A stretch of DNA of 44,492 bases. It comes from Macrostomum lignano (lineage: Eukaryota). The DNA lies in the NCBI GenBank assembly GCA_002269645.1, contig NIVC01004486.1, forward strand, positions 1 to 44,492, written 5' to 3'. The stretch's first letter is position 1. Every line of letters begins with the position of its first letter. The notes beneath the pieces were generated by a model. It was given only the letters and a program-made list of their open reading frames with translations, did no database searches and was not told the origin of the DNA. The position numbers were made by a program, and so were the translations under genes. Positions 43,427 through 44,492 of this stretch are shown here, piece after piece.

Positions 43427-44492
43427 ATGTCCGAGTGTCTGTGTACAAAGTCCGAGTTTGAGCTCTTTGCCCCTCGAGCCCACCAGATTGCCGCTGTAGG
43501 TTCAACTACTGAAGAAATCCACCGGTTGCCAGCGTCGAAAATGCGAGTGTGGTTGAGTTTAGAATTGTGGGCGGCGAGACGTTTGTCGATCTTAATGACA
43601 TTGATCTCGAGATTAAAGGTTGTATTAAAAGAGCTAATGGAGCCGATTTGGCGGCGGATTCAAACGTGGCGCCAATCAATTACCTCTTGGAGACCATGTT
43701 CAAAAACGTGTCTCTTTCCATAAATGGTACACATATCGAGTCTAGCAACAACAACCATGCCTACAAGGCGTACATTCGTACATGCTTGAGTTATGGGTCT
43801 GATTCAAAGTCTAACCAACTGCGGATGATGGGCTACGCTAAAGACGCTGGGGGTCAAATGGCTGCGGTTGGAAATCCTGGCTTTGTAACTCGCAAGGCGA
43901 TGGCTGCCGGTTCTCGAACATTTCACCTGTATGGCCCTCTTAGTCTCGACTTTTTTGTCACCAACGATCGTATGCTGCTACCCTACACTGATATGGTGGT
44001 TACGCTCACTCTGCAAAATTCGGGATTCGTTGTAGAGAATCACGCCGAAGGGTTGATGCAAAGTTGGTTCTTCAAAGTGCAAAATTACACGTTCGTCGGG
44101 TAAAGGCTAACCCCCAACTGGCCTTGGAGATTGAAGAACAGCTGGCAACTCAGAATGCAGTCTACCCCATCGAGCGCCTCGTTGTACACAACACCTCTGT
44201 CGCTGTAGGAGTTCGCGACGTGTCAATCAATAATATTTTCCCGGAGCAGAAGCCTAAACTTGTCATTATGGGGATGGTAAATAGTGCCGCATATAACGGG
44301 GTGGCTACCCATAATCCGTTCAATTTCGAGCCATTTGGGGCTGACAGTGTGGCCCTGTACAAGGACGGTGTCAGTCTGTGCGGTCAACCATTCACTCCAA
44401 GGTTCGCTGCCCAAAACTATGCTCGCGAATACGCCATGCTGTTTAAGAGCCTAGGGAAAATGAATCGCGATTTGGACATTGACCTGTCATAT
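43427..44492 (+). CDS. Major capsid protein (double jelly-roll, hexon-like), 3'-incomplete, frameshifts near 43522 and 44051
   Basis: CTKSEFELF start; VEFRI; NYLLETMFKNVSLSING..I...NNNHAYKAYI; after correction LHVRRVK..YPIER..KPKLVIMGMV..AYNG...NPFNF, typical of Polinton MCP. Confidence 0.92.

Larger units (their letters stand above)
36033..44492 (+). mobile_element. Endogenous Polinton/Maverick (adintovirus-like) element, continues beyond the window
   Basis: Compact co-oriented intronless ORFs including rve integrase with chromodomain and minor and major capsid proteins; abrupt switch from host-like sequence near 36020-36040 (left boundary is inferred). Confidence 0.9.

Noticed and set aside
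36033-44492. Bacterial prophage or contamination suggested by the Fic gene and compact genes
   Set aside because: Capsid, penton and chromodomain-integrase are eukaryotic Polinton type, with TATA/AATAAA signals; a chimeric join to the host flank still needs read-level confirmation

Overview
Repeat-rich eukaryotic (animal) genomic DNA; the host species cannot be determined from the sequence. 1-14.3 kb is a nest of retroelements. A degraded RTE-like LINE lies between two (GAT)n arrays. It is interrupted by a deleted Ty3/Gypsy element, which itself carries a young minus-strand APE-RT-RNaseH LINE flanked by a 268-bp duplication, and by a mariner transposon. 14.9-35 kb holds several tandem arrays, an intronless class A GPCR, a Crypton-like tyrosine recombinase relic, a foldback element, a CORE-type SINE and mrpL14 next to a 34-bp CCAAT-box array. 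From about 36.0 kb to the window end lies an endogenous Polinton/Maverick (adintovirus-like) element: GC-rich terminal region, Fic-domain protein, two unknown ORFs, an ORF with a C-terminal TATA-binding-protein-like domain, two conserved-looking small ORFs, an integrase with chromodomain, minor capsid, a core/lytic-like protein and major capsid. The most notable observation is the combination of an element-encoded TBP-like protein with an exact TATAAATA motif repeated in front of the element's genes. All protein family calls come from motif recognition by eye; no database searches were run.
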